Assembly (NCBI GenBank): GCA_026004495.1
Contig: BPJG01000001.1
Span: 144,582 to 208,581 of the forward strand
DNA length: 64,000 nucleotides
From: Candidatus Parcubacteria bacterium
Lineage (GTDB): Bacteria; Patescibacteriota; Minisyncoccia; UBA6257; HR35
Direction of reading: 5' to 3'
The position numbers and the translations under genes are program-made. The notes beneath the pieces are model-generated. The model worked only from the letters and a program-made list of their open reading frames with translations. It did no database searches and was not told where the DNA came from. Below, piece after piece: positions 42,715-51,390 of the stretch (within the stretch, counting starts at the first letter, position 1; each line of letters begins with the position of its first letter).

Positions 42715-42763
42715 ATTCGTGTGCCATTCGTGTAATATTATTATATATTCGTACCATTCGTGT
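42715..42763. repeat. ATTCGTGTGCCATTCGTGT repeats, inverted right arm
   Basis: Copies 42715-42733 and 42747-42763 are reverse complements of the left-arm unit. Confidence 0.85.
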
Positions 42764-42773
42764 AGTTATAAAA

Positions 42774-43646
42774 ATGTCTAGGATTTATATACAAAGTGAT
42801 AAAAAAATGAATACTGATAAAATTATTATACCTATCTATCTTGACACTGAGGGAGAATCAATTAATGCTTTTGAAGTTAAAATTAAAATCTCTGACAATT
42901 TAATTTTTAGAGATTATTTAGAGAAAGATTCAATTATTAGTTATTGGATTGAAAGACCCCATGTAGTAGAGCGGAGCTCACTACCTGGCAAACCCAATGT
43001 AGTAGAAAAAAGTTCACCACAAGGTTCTACTACTGAGAACTTGTCTCGTAGTGAACCACAAGGTTCTACTACCGAGATAAATTTTTCTGGAATTACTCCG
43101 GGAGGTTATATTGGTAAAAAAGCTTTATTAGTAAATTTAATTTTTGAAGCTAAACAAAGTGGTTCAGCTTTCATTGAAATCTTGCCTTCGTCCAATGTTT
43201 TGTTAAATGATAGCTTAGGAACAAAAGCAAAATTAATAACTGAGAAATATAGTTTTATTTTAAACCGAACTCAGGAGAAGAAAATAATAATTCAAGATAA
43301 TTACCCACCCGAGCCATTTAAGGTTTATCTTCAAAAAGATAAAGAAATTTTTAATAATAAATATTATCTTGTTTTTTATGCCCAAGACAAACAATCAGGA
43401 ATATCTTATTATGAAGTTAAAGAAGGTGATTATGATTTTGAAAAAGCTTCATCACCATATCTTTTAAAAGATCAATCTTTAAGAAGTTATGTCTATATTA
43501 AAGCAGTTGATCGAGCAGGAAATGAACGAATTGAGATTTTTAAACCTCGAAAATTATTTTTGTTAGAGGAAATTTTATCCTTGATTTTTTTTATTGTTAT
43601 AATATTCTTAATATTTCTAATTTTCAATAAAAAATTTAAGAAATAA
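42774..43646 (+). CDS. Cohesin-like domain protein with TM anchor (no evident signal peptide)
   Basis: LDTEGESINAFE..SIISYWIE..FSGITPGGY..VLLNDSLGT; DNYPPEPF; AVDRAGN. Confidence 0.75.
   Translation: MSRIYIQSDKKMNTDKIIIPIYLDTEGESINAFEVKIKISDNLIFRDYLEKDSIISYWIERPHVVERSSLPGKPNVVEKSSPQGSTTENLSRSEPQGSTTEINFSGITPGGYIGKKALLVNLIFEAKQSGSAFIEILPSSNVLLNDSLGTKAKLITEKYSFILNRTQEKKIIIQDNYPPEPFKVYLQKDKEIFNNKYYLVFYAQDKQSGISYYEVKEGDYDFEKASSPYLLKDQSLRSYVYIKAVDRAGNERIEIFKPRKLFLLEEILSLIFFIVIIFLIFLIFNKKFKK
42956..43077. repeat. Three tandem in-frame GTAGT...CTAC palindromes
   Basis: gtagtagagcggagctcactac; gtagtagaa..ttctactac; gtagtgaaccacaaggttctactac. Confidence 0.75.
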
Positions 43647-43712
43647 TTAAATCTCAAAATTAATTAAAGATAATTAATCAATTGATAAGATTGTCTAAAT
43701 AAATATAAAAAA

Positions 43713-44360
43713 ATGAAAACAGAAATTGTTCCTGCAATTAATGCTCAAAATTTTGAAGAAATAAAAGAAAAAATAAACTTATTAAAAAGTTTAACCCATC
43801 ATTTTCATTTAGATGTAGCAAGTAAAGAAGCAACAAATTTTGAAACCTGGAATAACTCATCAGAATTAAAAAAAATTCCAATTGATATTGAAATAGATAT
43901 TCACTTAATGATTTATCTTAAACCAAATGATGTTTATAAGTGGAATAACGAAAACATAAAAAGATTCATTATTCATCCAGAATTTTGTTTTAACCTTGAT
44001 GCAATTTTAAAACAAATAAAAAGAATTAAAAAAGAAATTTATCTTTCTTGGTCACCTAATTTTGAATTTGAATTTATAGAAAAATATTTAAGTCATATTA
44101 ATGGTGTTTTAATTTTAGGCGTTAAGCCAGGAAAATCAGGACAAAAATTTTTAGAATCTACTTATGAAAGGATTGAAAAATTTAATCGTCTAAAGCAATC
44201 TAAAGCTTTAAAATTAATGATTGATGGAGGAATTAATAGAGAAAATTTTTTAAAAATTTATCATTATAAACCTAACTTTATAATAATAGCAAGTTCTATT
44301 TACTCTTCAGCTAATCCAATTGAGGCTTATAATGGATTTAAAAATTTATTAAGACAATAA
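43713..44360 (+). CDS. rpe: Ribulose-phosphate 3-epimerase
   Basis: HLDV, DIHLM, GVKPGKSGQKF, IDGGIN. Confidence 0.85.
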   Translation: MKTEIVPAINAQNFEEIKEKINLLKSLTHHFHLDVASKEATNFETWNNSSELKKIPIDIEIDIHLMIYLKPNDVYKWNNENIKRFIIHPEFCFNLDAILKQIKRIKKEIYLSWSPNFEFEFIEKYLSHINGVLILGVKPGKSGQKFLESTYERIEKFNRLKQSKALKLMIDGGINRENFLKIYHYKPNFIIIASSIYSSANPIEAYNGFKNLLRQ

Positions 44361-44732
44361 TTGATTTATTTTTTCAATAATTTTATTTAGGTCATCAGTT
44401 TTTCTAAAAAAAGCGGAAGCTCCTATTTGCTTAGCATAATATTCATCAATTTCTTTGCCAATCAAAGGATTATCTTCTCCGTAATTAGTGAAAAAGATAA
44501 ATTTAGCATTACTATTAATTTTCATTATTTCTAAAGCTGTTTCAATTCCATCCATTTCCGGCATCATTACATCTAAAATAATCAAATCATAATTATTAAA
44601 TTTAATCTTTTCTATTGCTTCTTTGCCATTATTAGCAGTATCAACCATAAAACCATTTTGTTCTAATTTAATTTTTACTATTTCTAAAATTTCTGGGGTA
44701 TCGTCAACTAATAAAATTTTTTTATTATTCAT
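44349..44732 (-). CDS. Single-domain response regulator
   Basis: ILLVDD, DLIILDVMMPEMDG; start taken at MNNKK. Confidence 0.9.
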   Translation of the reverse strand: MNNKKILLVDDTPEILEIVKIKLEQNGFMVDTANNGKEAIEKIKFNNYDLIILDVMMPEMDGIETALEIMKINSNAKFIFFTNYGEDNPLIGKEIDEYYAKQIGASAFFRKTDDLNKIIEKINQLLS

Positions 44733-44760
44733 TTTAAATAAAATTATTTTAACAAAAAAT

Positions 44761-46242
44761 TTATTGTTTTTCTGCCTCTTTAATAATTTTAATATCTTCT
44801 TCAATTTTTTGCGCTAAAGACATTACAGAATTACCATAAAAACTATAAGATGGATTATTCCAATTGCTTCCAGCAAAATAAATCATAGCCGCTTTCCATT
44901 CTGCTTGATATGTTTTCTGGCTAGCCCCAGCTTCGGATAATTTTACTGCAGCAGCTATAAAAGAATGATAAATATTCCAAGGATTAGGGTTCTCTCCTAA
45001 AATTTTTGCTATTTTATCTTTATAAGCCTTCCAAGTAGAAGGAATAAACTGAGCTGGACCCATTGCCCCACCCCAACCAAAGCTTAGGGGACAAGATACT
45101 GGAACCTTAGTATAATCTAGTCCTAATTCTTTTGTGATCTCTATAAAAATTGGAACATCTCTTTTTGGATTCATAACTCTATCTCTAAATCTTCCTGAGG
45201 TATCAACGCCATCACCAGTATTAATATTAGTTACATAACATTGTCCAACATTAAGACCTAAATTACTTTCTTGTTTTAAAATAGCTAATAAAAATGCTGG
45301 TCTTATGCCAGTTAATTGATTTGCTAATTCGGCATATTCTAAAGCTTTTTCAAAAGATATTGGACCTGAACCACCTGCTAGTTTAAATAACTCTTGTCTA
45401 ATTTGAGCTGCTCGTTTTTGTAAATCACTAACATAACCTCGGTATTCTACTTCTTTTCCTCGGGTTATTTGAAGAAGATCATTTTTTTGATTTTGTAATT
45501 CATTTAATTCTTGTTTTTTTAGTTGTGAAATTTGTAAAAGATTTTGTTGTTCTTGCAAATCTTCTTCTAATTTATTTTTTTGATAATTTAATTCTCTATT
45601 TAATTTATTTAAGTATTCAATTTGTTCATTAATAGATTCTTGCAATTTATTAAGAAAAACAATATTGCTAAAATAATCAGATATATTAGCTTCAGCTAAA
45701 ACAACCTCAACGAAAGATTTTTGCGATGCCTGATAATACATTCTGGCTGTATTTTTAAAATTATCTTTAGAAACTTTAATTTTATCTTGCATCAAAGCAA
45801 TAGATTTTTTAGTATCTACTATTCTTTTATTTAAATAACCAATTTGAGAAGTAATATATTTAATTTCTAATTCTACCTTTTTTATTTGTGTATCTAAATA
45901 TTTTATTTCACCTTGCAAACTTCTTTTTTGTTTAGAAAGATTATAAATTTCTTTATTATATTCTTTAATTTGTTCTAATATAGACTTTAATTCATTTTCC
46001 AATTCTTTTTTTCTTTGAATTAAATCTTGATTATTATTCTGAGCTAAAAGATTTTTATTTATAGAAACAATAGGCCAATTATAACCAGGTGCAGCTACCA
46101 TTGAATTAGATAAATAAAATGTTGATAGCAAAAACAATAAAAATAAAACGTAAATGATTAAATCATGTTTTAGGTAAAAACTATTTTCTTTTTTAGGATA
46201 TTTATATTCAAATTTTTTAATATCTTTAATAATTTTAGACAT
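44761..46242 (-). CDS. Coiled-coil protein with C-terminal lytic transglycosylase domain
   Basis: Long coiled coil; AILKQESNLG, GGAMGPAQFIPSTW. Confidence 0.8.
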   Translation of the reverse strand: MSKIIKDIKKFEYKYPKKENSFYLKHDLIIYVLFLLFLLSTFYLSNSMVAAPGYNWPIVSINKNLLAQNNNQDLIQRKKELENELKSILEQIKEYNKEIYNLSKQKRSLQGEIKYLDTQIKKVELEIKYITSQIGYLNKRIVDTKKSIALMQDKIKVSKDNFKNTARMYYQASQKSFVEVVLAEANISDYFSNIVFLNKLQESINEQIEYLNKLNRELNYQKNKLEEDLQEQQNLLQISQLKKQELNELQNQKNDLLQITRGKEVEYRGYVSDLQKRAAQIRQELFKLAGGSGPISFEKALEYAELANQLTGIRPAFLLAILKQESNLGLNVGQCYVTNINTGDGVDTSGRFRDRVMNPKRDVPIFIEITKELGLDYTKVPVSCPLSFGWGGAMGPAQFIPSTWKAYKDKIAKILGENPNPWNIYHSFIAAAVKLSEAGASQKTYQAEWKAAMIYFAGSNWNNPSYSFYGNSVMSLAQKIEEDIKIIKEAEKQ

Positions 46243-46307
46243 TTAATTTTATCTTTAATGATAGTTTCAAATATATAATTTATATAATTTTAGTTATTAT
46301 CATTAGC

Positions 46308-46895
46308 TTATTCTTGGTTTTTTATTGCTTCTTTTTCACTTTCTAATTCTGTGCTACCTAATTCTTCTTCTAATTTTTGCTCAATAACCGAAGCAATAGG
46401 AATTTCGGGATCTAATAAAATTTTTACATTTGGAATTTTTATATCCTTAACATATATAGAATCACCTAATTTTAAATTTAAAACATCTAATTCTATCTTG
46501 TCTATTAAATCTTTTAATAACCCTTCAATTTCTAATTCAGTTAAAGATTTGTTTAAATACCATCCATTTTTTAAAATTTCTTCTTCTCCCCTAAAGACAA
46601 TAGGAATAGTGGTAGTTATAGCTTCAGTTAAATTTGGTATATATATATCGAAATGAGATATCTCTAAAGTAATTGGATCTTTTTGAATTTCCTGTAAGAT
46701 ACCTATATATTTTTGACCATTAAACATAATAGAAAATCTTTGGTGAGTAAATCTAAAACTATTATTAGCAATTTTTGCTTCGATAAAAATAGGTGTTGAA
46801 TCCATATTAGGTCCATATAGAATGCCTGGAATTAATCCTTCTTTTCTGTAAGCTTTAGCTGATTTTTTTATATCTCTTAATTTAAATTCTATCAT
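46308..46895 (-). CDS. rplY: 50S ribosomal protein L25 (Ctc form)
   Basis: RKEGLIPGILYG, EIQKDPIT..HFD, LKLGDSIYVKDI. Confidence 0.9.
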   Translation of the reverse strand: MIEFKLRDIKKSAKAYRKEGLIPGILYGPNMDSTPIFIEAKIANNSFRFTHQRFSIMFNGQKYIGILQEIQKDPITLEISHFDIYIPNLTEAITTTIPIVFRGEEEILKNGWYLNKSLTELEIEGLLKDLIDKIELDVLNLKLGDSIYVKDIKIPNVKILLDPEIPIASVIEQKLEEELGSTELESEKEAIKNQE

Positions 46896-46904
46896 TTTTA
46901 AATA

Positions 46905-47867
46905 TTATAAACTAAAAATTTTTATTTTTAATTTCTCATTTTTGTATTTTTCCAATTTATTTAAGGGAATAATTCCTGTTTGAGCACCTATTTTTGATAA
47001 ATTAAAGGCTGTATTTATAGTTGCATATTTTAAGTATAATTTTAGCTTATTTTCTGAATTATCAAAATTATTTTTAACCAAAAGACCCAAAAAGGTACTT
47101 CCAAAGCAATCACCGGCACCAGTTGTATCGACAATTTTTAATTTTTTATAAGTCTCACAATGGTAAATTTTATCTTGAGTTAATAACCAAGAGCCATTTT
47201 TATCTTCAGTTATTAGGATATATTTTATCCAATTTAATTTTCTTCTAAAAGTTCTTAAAAAATTCAATTTATTTTCATTTGTAACTCTATATTTAATCAT
47301 TAAATTTGCTTCATAAAAATTTATATTTAAAAAATCTATAAAATCAAAATATTTTAAGCCTCTCAAATTAAATAAAAAATTCTTTGACGGATTAACGCCA
47401 ATAAAATTTTTGTTTTGCTTTAAAAGATGAAAAACTTTAAGCCATTTTTGAGGTGAAGTTTGGCCAGTTGAAACATAATAAACATTATTTTGGGTAATAG
47501 GTATTTCTTTTAATTTAAATATTTCATCTCCCCGATGGGTAAAAATGTATTTATTGCCTAATTTATCTAAAAAAATAAAAGATAGCGATGAATTACCTCT
47601 AGTATAAATAATATGAGATTTTATTTTTTTTTCTTCAATTACTTTTTTAATAAATTTTGAAATAAAATCATTACCTAATTTTATAATAGCTGTTGAATCT
47701 AAATTCAATTTCAAAAAATTATAAGCAAAATTTAAACCTCCACCGCCAATATCAGCAAAATATTCCTTAACATCATTCTTTTCTGAAATATTTTTAAAAT
47801 AAAACCTTAAATCATCAAAAATAAAATATATATCAAGAGTAGCTGTACCAATTGAATAAATTTTCAT
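46905..47867 (-). CDS. PfkB-family carbohydrate kinase
   Basis: GGGGLN, VDTTGAGDCFGS. Confidence 0.88.
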   Translation of the reverse strand: MKIYSIGTATLDIYFIFDDLRFYFKNISEKNDVKEYFADIGGGGLNFAYNFLKLNLDSTAIIKLGNDFISKFIKKVIEEKKIKSHIIYTRGNSSLSFIFLDKLGNKYIFTHRGDEIFKLKEIPITQNNVYYVSTGQTSPQKWLKVFHLLKQNKNFIGVNPSKNFLFNLRGLKYFDFIDFLNINFYEANLMIKYRVTNENKLNFLRTFRRKLNWIKYILITEDKNGSWLLTQDKIYHCETYKKLKIVDTTGAGDCFGSTFLGLLVKNNFDNSENKLKLYLKYATINTAFNLSKIGAQTGIIPLNKLEKYKNEKLKIKIFSL

Positions 47868-48021
47868 TATTAGCTAAAATCTTATTCTTATTAAAATTAA
47901 AATCAAACTAAAAAATTTTCTTTTCAATAAATATTATAACTTACTCTATTTATTTTTTTAAAAATTATGTTAAAATTTGTTATGAATTCTAAATTTGTCG
48001 AAAATTAATTAGATTTCTAAA

Positions 48022-48288
48022 ATGAGTGGAAAAGTTGAAGAAATCAAATCAAGAATAAAAAAGTTATTCTCTTTATGGGTCGATGAAAATAAAATTAACC
48101 AATTAGAAATTGATGCTAAATTAGATGAAAGGGGTGTTTTAGTAGAGGTTAATGGTCCTCAAGAAATTCTATCATTGATAATTGGTAAAAGAGGGCAAAC
48201 AGTTAACGCTGTAAGACAGATACTTAAAAGCATAGGTGGTGCCTTAGGAGCAGCAATTTCCTTAAAAGTTCAAACAAAAAATAAATAA
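48022..48288 (+). CDS. KH-domain RNA-binding protein (KhpA-like)
   Basis: DERGVLVE, IIGKRGQTVNAVR. Confidence 0.85.
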   Translation: MSGKVEEIKSRIKKLFSLWVDENKINQLEIDAKLDERGVLVEVNGPQEILSLIIGKRGQTVNAVRQILKSIGGALGAAISLKVQTKNK

Positions 48289-48298
48289 AAAATTAAAT

Positions 48299-48676
48299 CT
48301 AAATTAATTTTTTAAGATCTTTAATTTTTGTTAAATATCTCTCTTTTTTAGAAGAAGGGAATATTTTAATTTGATTATTAAAATTTTCTATTAGAAGGAT
48401 TATTATTGATTTGTTTTTAAAGTTATTAGCTCTTAACCAAAAATTTCTAAACTCTTTTGAAGAAATTTTTTTACTTTTTATTTGCCAAAAAATATATTTT
48501 CTCTTTGATTTAATAAAGGTTAAACCATCAAATAAACTCCAAAAATCTTTTTTAAGATTAATAATTCTTGGCTTAATTTCAGTTTCAGCTGAAAGGAAAA
48601 CTGATTTTATCTTGAGAGCAAATTCTTTTTCAATTTTTTTACCCTTTTTAGATTTATTTTTTAATTTTCTCATCAA
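48299..48676 (-). CDS. Hypothetical basic protein
   Basis: 125-aa ORF; weak PD-(D/E)XK-like pattern FDGL..WQIKS. Confidence 0.45.
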   Translation of the reverse strand: MMRKLKNKSKKGKKIEKEFALKIKSVFLSAETEIKPRIINLKKDFWSLFDGLTFIKSKRKYIFWQIKSKKISSKEFRNFWLRANNFKNKSIIILLIENFNNQIKIFPSSKKERYLTKIKDLKKLI

Positions 48677-49020
48677 TTAAAAATTATACAACAAGTAAAA
48701 TATAGACGTAAAAAAATTATTTAAGTTTTATTTTTAAAATTTTAATAAATTCTAATTTAATAAAAAATGTCCGAAAACAAAGATTATTTATGATTATTTT
48801 CACAATTAAATAAAAGGTAGCTAAATAAAGAAATTAGAGTTGTTAATATGTTATTACCCAAAAATTATATATAGAACTTAGGTAATTATTATAAATAAAT
48901 ATTTAAAGATTTAAAAATTAATTTTTATGGCTTTATAGCAACAATAAATATTTAAGATTTAATTAAGAAATTTTATAAATAAAAAAAATAAAATAAAAAA
49001 AATCTTAAATTAAAAAATAT

Positions 49021-49114
49021 AAAATAAAAAGTCCCCTGAGGGTGAAAGGAGTCAAGCCCCCCCCAGGGGCATACGGGCATAACCCGGCGCAGTCGCACAT
49101 CAAGGAGGTGTCTG
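49021..49114 (-). ncRNA. Candidate small RNA (~90 nt) ending in an intrinsic terminator
   Basis: GC-rich island in AT-rich spacer; stems CGGG/CCCG and CCCCUGGGGG/CCCUCAGGGG followed by U-tract; promoter immediately upstream. Confidence 0.6.
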
Positions 49115-49120
49115 TTTAAA

Positions 49121-49149
49121 ATTATAATATGTTTAAAATATATTTACAA
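49121..49149 (-). promoter_or_regulatory. Sigma70-like promoter for the candidate sRNA
   Basis: TTGTAA-17nt-TATAAT. Confidence 0.55.
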
Positions 49150-49229
49150 TATTTAAATTCTTATTTTCTTTATCTAAGAATAATAAAAAAATATCTTAAA
49201 ATAATGATTTTTTATAAGAATTAAATAAT

Positions 49230-49238
49230 TTATCCACA
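49230..49238 (+). promoter_or_regulatory. DnaA box
   Basis: TTATCCACA exact consensus. Confidence 0.5.
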
Positions 49239-49446
49239 TATTTCAATTAATTTTAATAGTTGTGAGTTGAAATTATGATATTTGTGGTTAAAGCCTAAAT
49301 TTCATCTAAGCCTTTGTAATATTAAGAATTAAAAAATAATAATTGCAAAAAAATAATTGACTAAATAAGATTAAAAAGTTAATTTAAAAATTTATTTTTT
49401 AACTTAAGTATTTGAAATTATCAATTTAAATCTTTAAAATATTTTA

Positions 49447-50331
49447 ATGTTAGAAATTTTTCTCTTATTAGAATTTTTAAAAAATATTTTTAATAATAAT
49501 TATGCAAATTTGAATCTTAATTTAAATAATTCGATTAAAGCTATATCTTATGAAGAATTTAATGAAGAAAAAGAAAAAAAAGAAATAAATATTGATTTAA
49601 CTAATATTTCGGCAAAAAATATTTTAGTTAAAGAAATCAAAGGACAAACTTTAATTGAAAAAAACTCACAAGAAATAAAGCCAATTGCTTCGTTAACAAA
49701 ATTAATTACTGCTGTTATTGCTCTAAAAAATTATAGTTTTGATGATGAATTTATTATTAAAAAAGAATTCTTAACTAATAATGATGCTGAAAAGAATACT
49801 AAACTCAGAGAAGGTGAAAAATTTAACCTTAAAGAAATTTTAAATATTATGTTAATTTCATCTTCAAATATTTCTGCTTGGACCTTAGCTGATAAAATGG
49901 GAAATGACAAATTTTTAAATCTAATGATTAATTTTGTCAAAGATGCTGGAGCCTTAGAAACTCAAGTAAAAGAAGCAAGTGGAATTTCTGATGATAATCG
50001 TTCTTCGTTGAATGATTTATTTTTAATTATACAGAAAATACTTAAAGAATATCCTGAAATATTTGAGATCTCCATTAAACCTGATTATTTTATTATTAAA
50101 AATGGTAATAATAGACTAATTTATAATACTAACTATTTACTAGCAGAAAAAAAATACCGGAATATAATTTTAGGCTCTAAAACAGGTTTTACTTCTAAGG
50201 CTGGGGAGTGTTTAATTCTCCTAGTTAAATATCCTACATCACCATTAATTTTTATTGGTTTATTAGATTCGAGAGATAGACTTAAGGATGCTGAATATAT
50301 CTTGGAAAAATTATCAAGATTTTATGAATAA
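49447..50331 (+). CDS. D-alanyl-D-alanine carboxypeptidase (peptidase S11)
   Basis: PIASLTKL (SxxK), SSN, KTGFT. Confidence 0.88.
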   Translation: MLEIFLLLEFLKNIFNNNYANLNLNLNNSIKAISYEEFNEEKEKKEINIDLTNISAKNILVKEIKGQTLIEKNSQEIKPIASLTKLITAVIALKNYSFDDEFIIKKEFLTNNDAEKNTKLREGEKFNLKEILNIMLISSSNISAWTLADKMGNDKFLNLMINFVKDAGALETQVKEASGISDDNRSSLNDLFLIIQKILKEYPEIFEISIKPDYFIIKNGNNRLIYNTNYLLAEKKYRNIILGSKTGFTSKAGECLILLVKYPTSPLIFIGLLDSRDRLKDAEYILEKLSRFYE

Positions 50332-50333
50332 AA

Positions 50334-51374
50334 ATGGATAACTTATTAATTATTCTAAAAATTTGTTTCTGGGGAATTATTAGTTTTTGTTTATCAATTT
50401 TAATTTTTCCCTTAATAATTAAATTTATCGAACTAATAAATGCTCGTAAAAAAAATTTAAAATTAAATGCTCCTATTTTCCAAGCATTGCATAGTAAAAA
50501 AAGCGGTACTCCAACAATGGGAGGTATTCTATTTTGGTTTGTGCCCATTATTTCAATTTTAATTATTAATTTATTGAATTATATTAATTCTGACTTTGCT
50601 AATTGGTTAAATTTTTTATCACGAAGAGAAACTTATTTGCCTCTAGGTTTTTTGGTTTTCGGTGGCTTAATTGGACTTATTGATGATATAATTGGACTTT
50701 TTTTTCTAAAAAAAAATGGGCTATCTATTAAAGAAAAATTAATTGTTTATTTTGCTTTTTCGATAATAATTACTTGGTGGATTGTGGTTAAGCTGGGTAT
50801 AAGATATTTATATATTCCCTTCATTGGTAGAATTTATGTTAATATTTTTATTTTTTCTCTTTTTCTTATTTTTTATTTTATTGCTGTTAGCTTTTCAGCT
50901 AACGAAACAGATGGCTTAGATGGACTCTTAGGAGGTATTGCTATAATAATCATAGGTACCCTAACGGTAATTTCTTTTATAAATGGTAATTATAATTTGG
51001 TTATTACTTCAATTATTATTATTAGCAGCTTGTTATTATTTTTATGGTTTAATGTCTATCCAGCAAAAATTTTTATGGGGGATACAGGCTCAATGGCTAT
51101 TGGAAGTTATATTGCTGTTGTCTCCTTATTAGAAGGAGTTTATTTTCTTCTACCACTTTTAGCTTTTATTTTTGTTTTAGAATCTTATTCTGTTATCATC
51201 CAAACTATATCAAAAAAAATTTTTAAAAAGAAAGTTTTTATTTCTACCCCCATTCATCATCATTTTGAAGCCCTCAATATTCCTGAACCTAATATTGTTT
51301 TTAAGTTTTGGCTAATTAATCTGATAGGAGCTTTAATAGCTTTTATAATTTTTATTTTAGATAAATTAGTTTAA
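50334..51374 (+). CDS. mraY: Phospho-N-acetylmuramoyl-pentapeptide transferase
   Basis: KSGTPTMGG, DGLDGL, PAKIFMGDTGS, PIHHHFE. Confidence 0.95.
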   Translation: MDNLLIILKICFWGIISFCLSILIFPLIIKFIELINARKKNLKLNAPIFQALHSKKSGTPTMGGILFWFVPIISILIINLLNYINSDFANWLNFLSRRETYLPLGFLVFGGLIGLIDDIIGLFFLKKNGLSIKEKLIVYFAFSIIITWWIVVKLGIRYLYIPFIGRIYVNIFIFSLFLIFYFIAVSFSANETDGLDGLLGGIAIIIIGTLTVISFINGNYNLVITSIIIISSLLLFLWFNVYPAKIFMGDTGSMAIGSYIAVVSLLEGVYFLLPLLAFIFVLESYSVIIQTISKKIFKKKVFISTPIHHHFEALNIPEPNIVFKFWLINLIGALIAFIIFILDKLV

Positions 51375-51390
51375 GGTTAAATAAATTAGT

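Noticed and set aside
38830-42763. Short repeat arrays as CRISPR
   Set aside because: Units are 7-19 nt, degenerate, partly inverted, with no regular unique spacers and no cas genes
49005-49100. 31-aa minus-strand ORF MCDCAGLCPY... in the GC island
   Set aside because: Runs through the terminator-like stem and has atypical codon usage; an RNA role is more parsimonious, though not excluded
49031-49114. GC island as 5S rRNA, SRP RNA, tRNA or a known riboswitch
   Set aside because: Lacks their hallmark motifs by eye, and no gene follows closely in the promoter's orientation
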